64,000 nt of DNA from Myxococcota bacterium (GTDB taxonomy: Bacteria; Myxococcota_A; SURF-8; G963663525). The notes below the pieces were generated by a model, which was not told where the DNA came from, did no database searches, and worked only from the letters and a program-made list of their open reading frames with translations. Shown here piece by piece: positions 17,850 through 28,603 of the stretch; the first letter of the stretch is position 1, and each line of letters opens with the position of its first letter. Location: positions 32,001 through 96,000 of the forward strand of contig CAXXVK010000060.1 of the NCBI GenBank assembly GCA_963676915.2. Reading direction: 5' to 3'. The position numbers and the translations under genes are program-made.

Positions 17850-20015
17850 TTAAAACGGTTTGAAATCTTCGTCGAGTTCGTCGGCATCCATATCAAGAAC
17901 CACTTTGGGTTCGATCAGACTTTTTGACGATCCGTTCTTTCGTGGTGTTTTCGCTTTCGGAGTTTGCGCAGATCTTGAAAACTTTGCCGCTTTCGCCGGT
18001 TTTCGTTCCCGAGTCTTCAGAGTCTCTTCTTTGAGCAGGAAGAAAGATGCCTGATCCTTGAGGCTTTCGGCCTGTCCGGAAAGCTCTTCGCTGGTCGCCG
18101 ACATTTCCTCGGTGGACGACGCATTGCGCTGCACCACGACATCCAGTTGGTTCAACGATGCCGAAATCTGGTTCGCTCCCACCGACATCTCACCGGAGGC
18201 CGCTGAAATCTCTTTGACCAACTCTGCCGTTTTCTGAATGCCGGGTACGATGTCGTCGAGCAGGCTTCCGGCCAACTCGGCAACCTCGACGCTGGAAACG
18301 GACATCTCGCTGATCTGTTTGGCGGCGATCTGGCTGCGTTCAGCCAGCTTGCGCACTTCGGCGGCAACAACGGCAAAGCCTTTGCCATGCTCTCCGGCGC
18401 GGGCGGCTTCGATGGCGGCGTTCAACGCCAGCATGTTCGTCTGGCGTGCAATCTCTTCGATAATATTGATCTTTTCGGCGATCATTCTCATGGCTTCGAC
18501 CGTCTCCCCGACGGATTTTCCACCCGAGATAGCGTCGCTCGCGGCTTTTTCGGCAATCGCCGCCGTTTGGTGGGCATTGTCGGCGTTTTGCTTGACGGAA
18601 CTGCTCATTTCCTCCATCGAGCTGGAAATCTCCTCGATGCTCGATGCCTGTTCCGAAGCGCCCTCCGCAATGCTTTGCGCTCCGTCGTTCATCTGCTCGG
18701 AAACGATGGCGACCTGGTCCGAAGCGGTCTGAACCTGCTCTACCACTCCTCGAAGATTTTCGATCATCTCTTTCAAAGCAAGAGACAGACTGTCTTTCTC
18801 GGAACGCGGAACGATATCTTTTCGTAAATCGCCTTTCGCCACTTCGGAGGCCAGCGCCGCCATTTCTCGCTGCGATTCGACCATTTTCAACAAAGAGTGC
18901 GACAAACTGTCTTTGTCGGAACGGGCTTCCACATCGTTCGTGAGATCGCCCAATGCGATATTCTCCACGAGATCCGCCATATCCCGCTGCGCTTCCACCA
19001 TCAGAGAAAGCGATTGAGCCAGCTCGTCCTTTTCGGAACGCGGCTCGACATCGCGGGTCAGGTCGCCTTTGGCAATATCCTTGACGATCTGCGCCATGTC
19101 CCGTTCGGCTTCGATCATGTTTTTCAGAGAATGGCTCAAAACATCCTCTTTCGAACGTGGCACAGCGTCTCGCGAAAGATCGCCCAGGGAGACACCTTCG
19201 ACCAGCTCAGCCATTTCTTTTTGCGTACCGATCATGGTCTGGAATGCCGTACCGAGCTGCCCGATTTCGTCTTTCGAGGTGACCTCCAGGCTTTGGTCGA
19301 TGTTACCGACGGCAAGTTCCTTCGCGACGGCAGCCATCTTGGAAATGGGGCGGGAAATGCCGCGAACCAGCAGGAAACCGAACAAAATGCTCAAGAAAAT
19401 ACTGGCCATGATCACGTAGTAGGAAGCGCTACGAATTCGCTCGGAGGATTCGACGCTTTTCGTATACTTGGCCTCGGCTCCCTGCAAGAAAACACCCGTC
19501 AGGTTGTCCATGGCTTTCCGAACGGTCGAGAACCGCTTGTTGTAGTCCCCCAGATAGAGAGCATAAGCGGCCTGATGCTCCCCTTTTTGCAGGAACTTTA
19601 TGATTTTCTGTGTATTTTCGGCCCATAAATCATAATCTTCGTGAAAATTGGAAAAATCCTCGGTTTTATCGGTACCGGTTTTTTCCCAAAGTTTTTCAGC
19701 TTTGTTGAATCGTTCCTTGACCTGGTTCAGGTTGTCCAGAACATCTTCGAGATGGGACACCTGCTCTCCCTGTTCACCGTGCATTTCCTGGTTGATCCAA
19801 TGACTTACGGCGATGCTGGACTGGTAGGCGTCGCGGTCGGCTTCGATCAGGTAATCCACGCTGAGCAGATTGATTTTGTACATCTGCCCCACATCCAGAC
19901 CGATTTCGGTATTTCGTTCGAGAATATACAGAAGGCCACCGACGTAAGTAGCGATGATCGTTGAAAGAATCAAAATAATTTTCGTTCTGACTTTCAGATT
20001 TTTCAGTACATTCAT
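17850..20015 (-). CDS. Methyl-accepting chemotaxis protein (periplasmic 4-helix sensor, poly-HAMP)
   Basis: Two TM helices, five HAMP-like units, [41 protein letters not shown]-terminal DFKPF pentapeptide. Confidence 0.95.
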   Translation of the reverse strand: MNVLKNLKVRTKIILILSTIIATYVGGLLYILERNTEIGLDVGQMYKINLLSVDYLIEADRDAYQSSIAVSHWINQEMHGEQGEQVSHLEDVLDNLNQVKERFNKAEKLWEKTGTDKTEDFSNFHEDYDLWAENTQKIIKFLQKGEHQAAYALYLGDYNKRFSTVRKAMDNLTGVFLQGAEAKYTKSVESSERIRSASYYVIMASIFLSILFGFLLVRGISRPISKMAAVAKELAVGNIDQSLEVTSKDEIGQLGTAFQTMIGTQKEMAELVEGVSLGDLSRDAVPRSKEDVLSHSLKNMIEAERDMAQIVKDIAKGDLTRDVEPRSEKDELAQSLSLMVEAQRDMADLVENIALGDLTNDVEARSDKDSLSHSLLKMVESQREMAALASEVAKGDLRKDIVPRSEKDSLSLALKEMIENLRGVVEQVQTASDQVAIVSEQMNDGAQSIAEGASEQASSIEEISSSMEEMSSSVKQNADNAHQTAAIAEKAASDAISGGKSVGETVEAMRMIAEKINIIEEIARQTNMLALNAAIEAARAGEHGKGFAVVAAEVRKLAERSQIAAKQISEMSVSSVEVAELAGSLLDDIVPGIQKTAELVKEISAASGEMSVGANQISASLNQLDVVVQRNASSTEEMSATSEELSGQAESLKDQASFFLLKEETLKTRERKPAKAAKFSRSAQTPKAKTPRKNGSSKSLIEPKVVLDMDADELDEDFKPF

Positions 20016-20416
20016 CCTTGAAGCCTTTCCCTTGTTGCAACTCCGTCCATGTCGCATTCACTCCATAAATGTGCCCACGGAAAAACCGACGATCCCGACG
20101 ATCCTCGGCTCAATAAGCGACCCAAAAATAAAAAACGGCAGCTCTGTCACGCGCAAAAGGTTCGAACTTGAATATTCGAACATTTGATTCGTCACGCTAT
20201 GAATTGAAATCGACCTATTTGGAGAAACTTGACCCTTATGTGACAGAAAACATAACTTTTGGTGAAATCATTCAACATCGTTTGGAAGACCAATCACTCT
20301 GGAAATCTTTGCTCCCCGTTTTCAAGCAATGTTCCGTTTGCAATTCCCAACTTGCTTCGTTAGACTGCTTCCGTTTCCGAAACGCTTCCACCCAACTTCA
20401 TAAGGATTTCGACGCC

Positions 20417-21661
20417 ATGGAACGCATCGAACGCATTGAGCTGTTTCACCTGGATGTCCCGCTGGATACTCCGTTTTATCCGTCCTGGATTCCCGGATAC
20501 CCGCAAACCCACGTGAAAACCACGCTGATTCGCCTGACGACGTCCGGCGGACTCGTCGGCATCGCCTCCGGGGCGGCGTTCGGCCACGAACGACAGGGAT
20601 TGGGAGATCTGCTCGGCAACTTTCTGCTCGGCGTTCGGGCGGATGATCTGGAAACGGTGCGCAAACGGTTGCGGGAGGCGTCATATCTAGGCTGGCGCAA
20701 CTGGTGGATCGAAAACGCTTTTTGGGATCTGATCGGCCAGATAAAAGGCAAACCTGTCTATAAACTTCTACAACAAACGGAAGAAACCGTCGAAACCGTG
20801 CCGGTGTATGCCTCTAGCGGAGAACTCCAACCGATCGACCAAAGGAAACGCTGGCTCGACGATATCCGCGCCAAAGGATTCAAAGCGGCGAAAATTCGCG
20901 TCAAAGACCCCGAGCGCAAAGACGACACCACCATTCTCGAACAGGTGCGAAAAGAAGTCGGCGACGATTTCGTGCTCGGTGTGGACGCCAACCAGGGCTG
21001 GCCGGTATCGATTTTCGACCCAACACCACCCTGGGATCTGGAATACGCCACAAACTTCGGCAAAGCCTGCGACGAGCTGGGTATGGCGTGGATCGAAGAA
21101 CCGTTGTTCATGCACGACTGGGACGGTATGGCCGAGTTGCGGCGACGAATCAAGACGCCTCTATCCGGTGGCGAACTGCACGGCGACTGGCACGAGGTTC
21201 GTCCACTGTTCGAGCATGAATGCCTCGACAAATACCAACCGGACGCCACGTTTTGCGGTGGACTGACGGTTTCGAAACGCATCATGGAAGAATGCCGCAA
21301 ACGAAACCTGCATTTTTCCCCACATACCTGGACCAACGGCATCGGGCTGGTGATCAACCTGCACGCCTTCGCCGCTTGGGAACATCGTGATTACCTGGAA
21401 TTTCCCTACGAACCGCCCGGATGGATTCCGAAATACCGGGACGGGGGAATCGTTCCAATCGAGGTTCGAAACGGAGAGATCAGAGTTCCGCAAGAACCGG
21501 GACTCGGATTGCAACTGGACCCGCTGGCACTCAAAAAGGTCGCCAAACGCTTTTACATCGCCACACCGTTTCGTGTCGCTTTGCGAACGATACGTGAAAA
21601 GGGATTGAAGACCGCGTTGGAATTGAAAAAACAGAAGGAGACCATGGCACGGAAACAGTAA
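20417..21661 (+). CDS. Mandelate racemase/muconate lactonizing enzyme (enolase superfamily) protein
   Basis: AFWDLIGQ..GKPVYKLL, VYAS, AAKIR, VDANQG, WIEEP, GGE, QPDA, PH, LEFP; start moved to ATG 20417. Confidence 0.9.
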   Translation: MERIERIELFHLDVPLDTPFYPSWIPGYPQTHVKTTLIRLTTSGGLVGIASGAAFGHERQGLGDLLGNFLLGVRADDLETVRKRLREASYLGWRNWWIENAFWDLIGQIKGKPVYKLLQQTEETVETVPVYASSGELQPIDQRKRWLDDIRAKGFKAAKIRVKDPERKDDTTILEQVRKEVGDDFVLGVDANQGWPVSIFDPTPPWDLEYATNFGKACDELGMAWIEEPLFMHDWDGMAELRRRIKTPLSGGELHGDWHEVRPLFEHECLDKYQPDATFCGGLTVSKRIMEECRKRNLHFSPHTWTNGIGLVINLHAFAAWEHRDYLEFPYEPPGWIPKYRDGGIVPIEVRNGEIRVPQEPGLGLQLDPLALKKVAKRFYIATPFRVALRTIREKGLKTALELKKQKETMARKQ

Positions 21662-21736
21662 ACGTTTCGCTGTGTTTTGAAGGGTTTACGAAAAAATCGT
21701 AGGCCCGGTGATTTTCCCCGACATTTTACAGAAATA

Positions 21737-23209
21737 TCATCGTCTCCAGAATTCGGGAACGAGCAGAATCAGCAGTGTGTAAATTTCCAATCGTCCCAGC
21801 AACATACAGACGATCAACAGCCACTTGCCCAGTATGGGCATATGAGCGAAATGGTTGGTCGGTCCTACCTCTCCCAGTCCCGGACCCACGTTCCCCAAGG
21901 CGGTCGCCGCCGCCGTCAACGACGTGATGAAATCGTAGTTCATCATCGAAAGCGCCGCCGCCGTTACGAGGAAAAACAGCAGGTAGAGCATCAGAAATCC
22001 GACGACCGAGGAGAGCACGTCTTCCTGAACCGTTCGTTGAGACACTTTTATCGGCATCACGGCGCGGGGGTGAATCAGCAAAAACAGGTTGCGATAGGCC
22101 AACTTGGCGACCAGCCAGAGACGAATGATCTTCACACCACCGCTCGTGGAACCGGCCATACCGCCGGTGAACATCAACAAGAAGCAGAAATACGTCAGCG
22201 CCGGAACCGTTTGTCCCCAGGCTTCGAAATCCGCCGAATTGTAGCCGGTGGTGGTAGCGAGTGACAACACCTGGAAAGCCGCATACCGCAGGCTGTCCCA
22301 TACGGAATCATACACTCCACCCCACGAAAGCAACCCCGTGAAGAGGAGGATCATTCCGAAAATCAGACCAAGATAGACCCTGAATTCGTGATCGTCCCAT
22401 ACCGCGCTCCATCTCCTGCGACGCAACCAGGCGTAATGCAAGGTGAAATTCATCCCGGCAAACCCCATGAACACGATAAAGATAATGTCCGTCCAGACGT
22501 TTCCGAGCGTCATCAAGGAATCATCCTGTGTTCCGAATCCACCGGTGGCCATGGTGGTGAAGGAATGGCAGATGGCATCGAACCCCGAAAAGCCTGCAAT
22601 GAAAAGCAACAGGGCTTCGGCCAACGTCAGTCCAAGGTAAATCGCCCACAACGCAATCGCCGTATCTTTGATGCGCGGCAGCAGTTTGTCGGCTGTGGGA
22701 CCGGGAACCTCGGCCTTGAAAAGCTGCATTCCTCCAACGCCCAATAACGGCAGAATCGCCAGCGCCAGCACGATGATTCCCATGCCTCCATACCATTGTA
22801 TGATGCTACGCCACCACAACGTGGCGCGAGGCAGGATGTCGATGTCGGTGAGAATCGTGGAACCTGTTGTCGTGAATCCCGAAACGGACTCGAACATTGC
22901 GCTCGTCACACCGCCGAATTCCGGCTGCAAGGCGAAGGGAATGGAACCGAACAGACAGGCCGTTGCCCAACTGAGACTGACCACCAGAAATCCATCACGA
23001 TGCGAGAGGTCGCCATGGGCACGGCGTAAGAAAAAAAACAGTACGGTGTTGAGAACCAACGTCACGAACAATCCGATAGCGAAAGCGGAAACGTCGCGGC
23101 TGCCATCGTATACGGCAATCCCCAACGGAATCACCATCGTGGCTCCGATAAAGGCGTTTTGAAGCGAAAGAATGCGAAGTATTTGGAAAATGCGTAAAGA
23201 CGACGACAC
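21737..23209 (-). CDS. trkH: Trk potassium uptake membrane protein
   Basis: FESVSGFTTTGST, WYGGMGIIV, TMATGGF, TTTGY, GSTSGGVK, GNVGPG, GRLE; GTG start behind GGGGAG. Confidence 0.94.
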   Translation of the reverse strand: MSSSLRIFQILRILSLQNAFIGATMVIPLGIAVYDGSRDVSAFAIGLFVTLVLNTVLFFFLRRAHGDLSHRDGFLVVSLSWATACLFGSIPFALQPEFGGVTSAMFESVSGFTTTGSTILTDIDILPRATLWWRSIIQWYGGMGIIVLALAILPLLGVGGMQLFKAEVPGPTADKLLPRIKDTAIALWAIYLGLTLAEALLLFIAGFSGFDAICHSFTTMATGGFGTQDDSLMTLGNVWTDIIFIVFMGFAGMNFTLHYAWLRRRRWSAVWDDHEFRVYLGLIFGMILLFTGLLSWGGVYDSVWDSLRYAAFQVLSLATTTGYNSADFEAWGQTVPALTYFCFLLMFTGGMAGSTSGGVKIIRLWLVAKLAYRNLFLLIHPRAVMPIKVSQRTVQEDVLSSVVGFLMLYLLFFLVTAAALSMMNYDFITSLTAAATALGNVGPGLGEVGPTNHFAHMPILGKWLLIVCMLLGRLEIYTLLILLVPEFWRR

Positions 23210-23592
23210 CGTGCTCCCCGTTCGAGTTTCATAAACGTAAAAACTCTTGTACTCGATTTTCCTCAAATCCACAATGTCACGATTGAAACGAACGGAAATG
23301 AACCCGATTTGAAAGTTTACAGGTAACCCGGAAAATTCATGAAAAACCTGCTGCGACTTGAAAATCCTCGATCTTTCACTTGTTTCACAATTTTTTATAC
23401 TCAACATACTATCAAGTATGCCTCCGTTAAAAAATCGTTCCAACTTCGCGAAATATCGTCGGTTTTCGGCGTCTCGTGACGATTTCTCATGAATTATCCG
23501 GGCTAAGGAAAACCGATATTCCCCTAAACACGAATCATTCATGAGGATAGTTGCGAGACGAATAAAACCATTAAGATTTCAATAGGTTAAAA

Positions 23593-26268
23593 CTAGTGAG
23601 CCTCGTCCCAGTTGTCGCCCACACCGATGTCCACGGTCAGCGGGATGTCCAGTTCGGCGGCTCCTTCCATCGTCTCGCGGACCATCTCTTTTGTAGCGTC
23701 GAGACGGTCTTCGGGTACTTCGAACACCAACTCGTCGTGTACCTGCATGATCATCCGAACGTCCGAAAAGTCGTCGGTCAGACGACTATCTATAGTGGCC
23801 ATGGCCCGCTTGATGATATCGGCGCTGGTGCCCTGGATCGGGGCGTTGATCGCCACCCGTTCGGCATATCCGCGACGTTGGGCATTTTTAGCCTGAAGAT
23901 CCGGTAAGGGTACTCGCCGCCCGAACAGCGTGAACACCGCGCCTTTTTCCTTACCCTCTTCCCGTTGCCGGTCCATCCAAGCCTTTACACCGTGATACCG
24001 TAGGAAGTAGTCGTCGATAAAGCGTTTCGCCTCGGCGCGGGTAATTCCCAACTCTTCGGAAAGACCATGCGGCGTTTTGCCGTACATCAGGCCGAAATTG
24101 ATGGCTTTGGCCCGTCGTCGCAGTTCGGATGTGATGCCACCCAAGCCACCGAAAATCTCCGCCGCCGTGCGGGAATGCACATCCTCGCCGTTACGGAACG
24201 ACTCCAGTAACAGCGGATCTTGTGCCAGATGCGCCATGATGCGTAACTCCACCTGGGAATAGTCGGCGCAAAGCAGTTTATGACCGGGATCGGGGATGAA
24301 AGCCGCTCGGATCATTCGTCCCTGCTCGGTACGAACGGGAATGTTTTGCAGGTTCGGTTCCGAGGAACTCAGTCGTCCGGTCATCGCCACAGTCTGGTTG
24401 TAGCTGGTGTGAATCCGGCCGGTGTCGGGACGAATCAGTCGTACGAGCGCTTCTGTATAGGTGGATTTCAGCTTGGCCACGGCGCGATAATCGAGAATCA
24501 GTTGAGGTAAGTCATGGTAAAGAGCCAGTTTTTCCAAAACAGACTGGTCGGTGGAATAGCCGGTCGAAGTCTTGCGCAACGGCTTCATGCCGAGCTTGTC
24601 GAAAAGAATATGCTGCAATTGCTGAGGCGAGTTGATGAGAAATTCCTCTCCGGCCTCGGCCCAGATTTTTTCTTGAAAGCGTTCCAGGTGTCCTTCGAAA
24701 TCCCTCGATAATTCTTCGAGTTGTTCCCGGTCCACCCGGACTCCCCAACCTTCCATTCGCGCCAGCACGGAAACCAGGGGACGCTCGATCGTCTCGTACA
24801 AATCGTAAAGCTTTTCTTTTTCGGCTTTTTCCTTCAGTTTGTGAAACAGCCTCCAGGTGGCGTCGGAATCCTCGGCGGCATAACGCAGCGCCGTGTTTGT
24901 ATCGACATGATCGAAGGTGATCTGTTTTTTGCCTTTTCCGCAGACTTCTTCGAACGTGATCATCGAGTGTCCCAGCACGCTCAACGCCAAGGCATCCAGC
25001 CCATGAGCGCGGCGGGAGGGATCGAGCGCGTAACTGAGCAGCATCGAGTCATCGATACGGCCTCGAATCTCGACGCCTTCCGTGCGCAAAACCTCCAGGT
25101 CGAACTTGGCGTTCTGGGCGATCCAGGTTCGTTCCGGGTCATCGAACAGCGGACGCAATGCGTCGAGAACCGCTTGTTTTTCCAACTGTTTCGCCTGTTG
25201 ATGATCCACCGGTATGTAATAGGATTCGCCGTCCGCCGGAGAAAACGACAGCCCCACCAACAACCCGCTGTCGAACGGAATCTTCGAGCGGGTTTCGGTA
25301 TCGAAGGCGCAGACGGTCACGTCGTTCAGGCGTTTCAAAAGGGCTTCGAAGCGGGCTTCGTCGTCCACCAGGATATAGGCATCACGGTCCAAAACTGCCG
25401 TCTCTTCGGTCGTTTCCAATTGGGAAGCCAGTCGGGTGAACTCCATTTCCCGATAGAAGTCCACAAGGGTCTCCACAGCCGGACCGTTCCAGGCGATGTC
25501 TTCGGGTTTGAGCGGAAACTCCACGTCGGTGTCGATGGTTACCAGCGTTTTGGACAACCGGGCCTGATCGGCGAAGTTTTCGAGGTTTTCCTTGCGTTTT
25601 TTGCCTTTCACCTCGTCGAGACACGACAACACACCCTCGATGGAACCGAACTGCTGAATCAATTGCATGGCGGTTTTTTCGCCGACACCGGGTACGCCGG
25701 GCACGTTGTCCGAGCTGTCCCCGGCCAGTCCCAGAACCTCGATGACTTTTTCCGGCTCGACGCCGAAACGCTCTTTCACCTCTTCGATGCCGATGGTCTT
25801 GTTTTTCCAGGTATCAAGCAGAGTTACACGCTCGTTGACGAGTTGCATCAGATCCTTGTCGCTGGTGACGATGCGCACGGGATGCCCCGCCTCGCTGAAA
25901 CGCCGGGCGAGCGTACCCAAAAGGTCGTCGGCCTCGTAGTTTTCTTTTTCGAGAATTTTCAGCCCCATAGCTTTGGCCAACTGCTGAACGAGCGCGAACT
26001 GCGGCACGAGATCCTCGGGAGGATCGGGGCGGTGGCCTTTGTAATCGGGATAAAGCTCGGTGCGGAACGAGCGGCGAGACACGTCGAACACGAGGCCGAG
26101 GTAGCGGGGCGAGGTGTCCTGGATCAACTTGGTCAACATTTGCGCCACACCGAAAACCGCGTTGGTGGGTTGTCCTTTGGAATTCGTCAGGTTGGAACGA
26201 ATTGCGTAATAGGCGCGAAAGATGAACCCGCTGACATCGACGAGAAAGATTTCCGGTTTGTCTTGCAT
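23593..26268 (-). CDS. polA: DNA polymerase I
   Basis: 5'-3' exonuclease (FRAYYA, YEADD, GDSSDNVPG), 3'-5' exonuclease (FDTET), polymerase motifs ADYSQVELR, KAINFG, QVHDEL. Confidence 0.97.
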   Translation of the reverse strand: MQDKPEIFLVDVSGFIFRAYYAIRSNLTNSKGQPTNAVFGVAQMLTKLIQDTSPRYLGLVFDVSRRSFRTELYPDYKGHRPDPPEDLVPQFALVQQLAKAMGLKILEKENYEADDLLGTLARRFSEAGHPVRIVTSDKDLMQLVNERVTLLDTWKNKTIGIEEVKERFGVEPEKVIEVLGLAGDSSDNVPGVPGVGEKTAMQLIQQFGSIEGVLSCLDEVKGKKRKENLENFADQARLSKTLVTIDTDVEFPLKPEDIAWNGPAVETLVDFYREMEFTRLASQLETTEETAVLDRDAYILVDDEARFEALLKRLNDVTVCAFDTETRSKIPFDSGLLVGLSFSPADGESYYIPVDHQQAKQLEKQAVLDALRPLFDDPERTWIAQNAKFDLEVLRTEGVEIRGRIDDSMLLSYALDPSRRAHGLDALALSVLGHSMITFEEVCGKGKKQITFDHVDTNTALRYAAEDSDATWRLFHKLKEKAEKEKLYDLYETIERPLVSVLARMEGWGVRVDREQLEELSRDFEGHLERFQEKIWAEAGEEFLINSPQQLQHILFDKLGMKPLRKTSTGYSTDQSVLEKLALYHDLPQLILDYRAVAKLKSTYTEALVRLIRPDTGRIHTSYNQTVAMTGRLSSSEPNLQNIPVRTEQGRMIRAAFIPDPGHKLLCADYSQVELRIMAHLAQDPLLLESFRNGEDVHSRTAAEIFGGLGGITSELRRRAKAINFGLMYGKTPHGLSEELGITRAEAKRFIDDYFLRYHGVKAWMDRQREEGKEKGAVFTLFGRRVPLPDLQAKNAQRRGYAERVAINAPIQGTSADIIKRAMATIDSRLTDDFSDVRMIMQVHDELVFEVPEDRLDATKEMVRETMEGAAELDIPLTVDIGVGDNWDEAH

Positions 26269-26296
26269 CGTGGCCTCCGGCTTGAAAGGAGACGCA

Positions 26297-26325
26297 AGTG
26301 TATGCGCTGGCGGAAAGTCGGTCAA
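26297..26325 (-). promoter_or_regulatory. Putative sigma70 promoter for polA
   Basis: TTGACC-17 nt-TACACT, 28 bp upstream of the ATG. Confidence 0.6.
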
Positions 26326-26449
26326 GCCGAGGCGGGATTGGGTCTGAAATTTTCTTTCCGAAGTCGAACTTGCGAAAAGGTTTCGTTTGGGTGCAAACCA
26401 TGAGGAGCAGGTCGGGAGACTCAATGCAGTTTACTCAGAGCTTATTTAC

Positions 26450-26541
26450 GGGTGCCACGGTCTTCGATTCGAAGAATCGATGGCCGTGCAACCTATTGGA
26501 ATCTCACGGCCATTGCCTTCCAGGCAAAGACCGTGGCACTC
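26450..26541. repeat. REPIN-like palindromic element (GTGCCA family) with IHF-like core
   Basis: GGGTGCCACGGTCTT...AAGACCGTGGCACTC; two arm hairpins flank CAACCTATTGGAA. Confidence 0.75.
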
Positions 26542-26605
26542 TTGGTTGTGCACAAGCTTTGAAAAAATGGGGGAAGTCCCAACCCCTTTGCAGTTGACCT
26601 TTTAG

Positions 26606-26632
26606 AAAGAGCAGGATTCAGTCCTGCTCTTT
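26606..26632. repeat. Single REP-like hairpin (GAGCAGGA stem) just after pilT, possible terminator
   Basis: AAAGAGCAGGA-TTCAG-TCCTGCTCTTT; same stem as the GATG-family REP arms but without the GATG foot. Confidence 0.6.
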
Positions 26633-26647
26633 GCGGTACGAGCCTTA

Positions 26648-28462
26648 TTATTGTTCCATGGCATCCAGTTTCCGCACACGGATACGGTTTTTCTCGAAAG
26701 CTTCGGCGATGGAGATTTTATCCGGGGCTTTGGCGAACGCTTCCTCGGGAGTAACGATCTTTTTCTGCACGTAGCGCAGCAATTCTTCGTCCATGGTCCG
26801 CATTCCGTATTTTTTCCCCATCTGCATCTGAGAAAGAATCTGGTGGTTTTTGTTTTCACGGATCAGGTTCGAAATCGAATTGGTGACCATCAACACTTCC
26901 TGCGCGGCGACGCGCCCGCCTTCCTTGCGTTTCAGCAGGTTCTGGGCGATGACGGCTTTGAGCGAATCGGCCAGCGTGGTACGGACCTGGTCCTGCTGAT
27001 CCGAAGGGAAGATGTCGATCAGGCGGTCGATGGTGGCGATGGCCGTGGTCGTATGCAGCGTTCCGAAAACGAGGTGGCCCGTTTCGGCGGTTTCCATGGC
27101 GATCGACACGGTTTCGAGGTCGCGCATTTCACCGACAAGCACGATGTCGGGGTCTTCACGCAAGGCCGCTCGAAGGGCCGATTTGAAACCGTCGGTGTGT
27201 GTACGAACTTCGCGTTGATTTACCAGACATTTGATGTTCTCGTGCACGAATTCGATCGGGTCTTCAATGGTGATGATGTGGTCCGAGCGCGTCCGGTTGG
27301 CCACGTCGATAATCGCCGCAAGCGTGGTGGATTTACCCGAGCCGGTCGGTCCGGTAACCAGAACCAGTCCTTTGGACAACTGGGCGAGATTCTTTAGGTT
27401 TTCGCTCATGCCGAGCTGTTCGGCGGTGAGAATTTTATAAGGAATCTGCCGGAACACGGCACCCTTGCCATGACGGTCGCGGAAGTAGTTCACACGGAAA
27501 CGTCCGTAGCCTTTGATTTCGAAGGCGAAGTCCGTGTCGTTGGTGTCCTCGAATTCCGCACGGTTGAGTTCGGGATCGATGGTTTGCAGGATCGCGTCCA
27601 TGTTTTCGGGCGTGATGACCGGATACTGCTCCTGTGTCTGCATTTCGCCATCGATACGGTAAATCGGTTTGGCATTGCTGGAAATGTGGAGGTCGGAAGC
27701 TTTGAGTTCGATCATCCGCGACAACAGGTATTCGAGCGAAATGTCTTTGTTGGTGTTGGGATCGATCAACGGCTTTCCAGGCCACCGTACCGGACGTGCC
27801 CGTTTCGGCGGTTCGGGGTCCAATCCCTTGTATTTGTCATCTCCGGCAGCGATGACCACGCTTTGCTGCGCTCCACCTGCAGGGGCAGGTTGCATCCCGG
27901 CGGGAGGCGGTGGTTGAGCCGGACCCGGCGCTACCGGTGCCGGAGCCACAGGGGCAGCCACTTGACCGGGAGCGGGAGCCGATGGAGCGGGAACATCCCC
28001 GAAGGTCGAATCGTCCTCGACCATTTCCAGGCTCATGGAAACCGGTTCCGGGGACGGGGGTGGAGGAACGGGAGAGGATGACCCCATATCCGTTTGATGA
28101 TTGCGGTTGCCGACAGCTTTCAGGGCTTCCTGATCGTAGCGGTTGATTTCCTCGTCGGGAGTGGACCCCAACTCGTAGATCTGCCCTTTGATCATTTTCC
28201 CCTGCCAGAAAACCTTGATCTTGAACGTTTGGCTTTCATAGCTGTATTCGAAAAACGTACGGCCTTCTTTGCCGAGTTCGGTTTTGCTTTTCGCATCCAT
28301 CAACTCGGCCATGATCCGCTGGGCCTGTTTTTCTTTAAGAATTTCACCGATTTCCCGAGGGCCGGAGGTCGAAATGAATTTCGGTTTCGCTTCACCGCTG
28401 ATTTCCAGACAATACGCCCCGATTTGAGACATTACCCGCAAATAAGAATCGATATAAGCCAT
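26648..28462 (-). CDS. pilT: Type IV pilus retraction ATPase PilT with long N-terminal extension
   Basis: ASDLH, RFRVN, GPTGSGKST, TIEDPIE, ALREDPD, TGHLVFGTLHT, ISNLIRE. Confidence 0.9.
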   Translation of the reverse strand: MAYIDSYLRVMSQIGAYCLEISGEAKPKFISTSGPREIGEILKEKQAQRIMAELMDAKSKTELGKEGRTFFEYSYESQTFKIKVFWQGKMIKGQIYELGSTPDEEINRYDQEALKAVGNRNHQTDMGSSSPVPPPPSPEPVSMSLEMVEDDSTFGDVPAPSAPAPGQVAAPVAPAPVAPGPAQPPPPAGMQPAPAGGAQQSVVIAAGDDKYKGLDPEPPKRARPVRWPGKPLIDPNTNKDISLEYLLSRMIELKASDLHISSNAKPIYRIDGEMQTQEQYPVITPENMDAILQTIDPELNRAEFEDTNDTDFAFEIKGYGRFRVNYFRDRHGKGAVFRQIPYKILTAEQLGMSENLKNLAQLSKGLVLVTGPTGSGKSTTLAAIIDVANRTRSDHIITIEDPIEFVHENIKCLVNQREVRTHTDGFKSALRAALREDPDIVLVGEMRDLETVSIAMETAETGHLVFGTLHTTTAIATIDRLIDIFPSDQQDQVRTTLADSLKAVIAQNLLKRKEGGRVAAQEVLMVTNSISNLIRENKNHQILSQMQMGKKYGMRTMDEELLRYVQKKIVTPEEAFAKAPDKISIAEAFEKNRIRVRKLDAMEQ

Positions 28463-28603
28463 ACTCGTCCTCATTTCCTTGTTTTGAAAAGAAGGCCGTA
28501 CCAAACGAAACCGGCGTCATCCAAAATCTAACGTCCAGATTGTTACCCGCCCGTTCAGATCTATTGTGAAAACCATGGAAAACGTCGAGGGTATTTTCCC
28601 CAA

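Noticed and set aside
20016-20416. c-di-GMP riboswitch or sigma28 promoter upstream of the MCP
   Set aside because: No GEMM core and no clear TAAA-N15-GCCGATAA match
20168-20416. N-terminal extensions in the ORF track (enolase-family gene, trkH, polA, nuoK, DEAD-box, tamB, MazG-like)
   Set aside because: Downstream starts have RBSs and/or coincide with the domain start; the extensions run through intergenic or overlapping sequence
23210-23592. c-di-AMP riboswitch upstream of trkH; imperfect hairpin CTCATGAAT...ATTCATGAG
   Set aside because: ydaO consensus elements are absent; the hairpin is single-copy and uninformative
24721-26403. 560-aa ORF antisense to polA
   Set aside because: Same antisense codon-bias artefact
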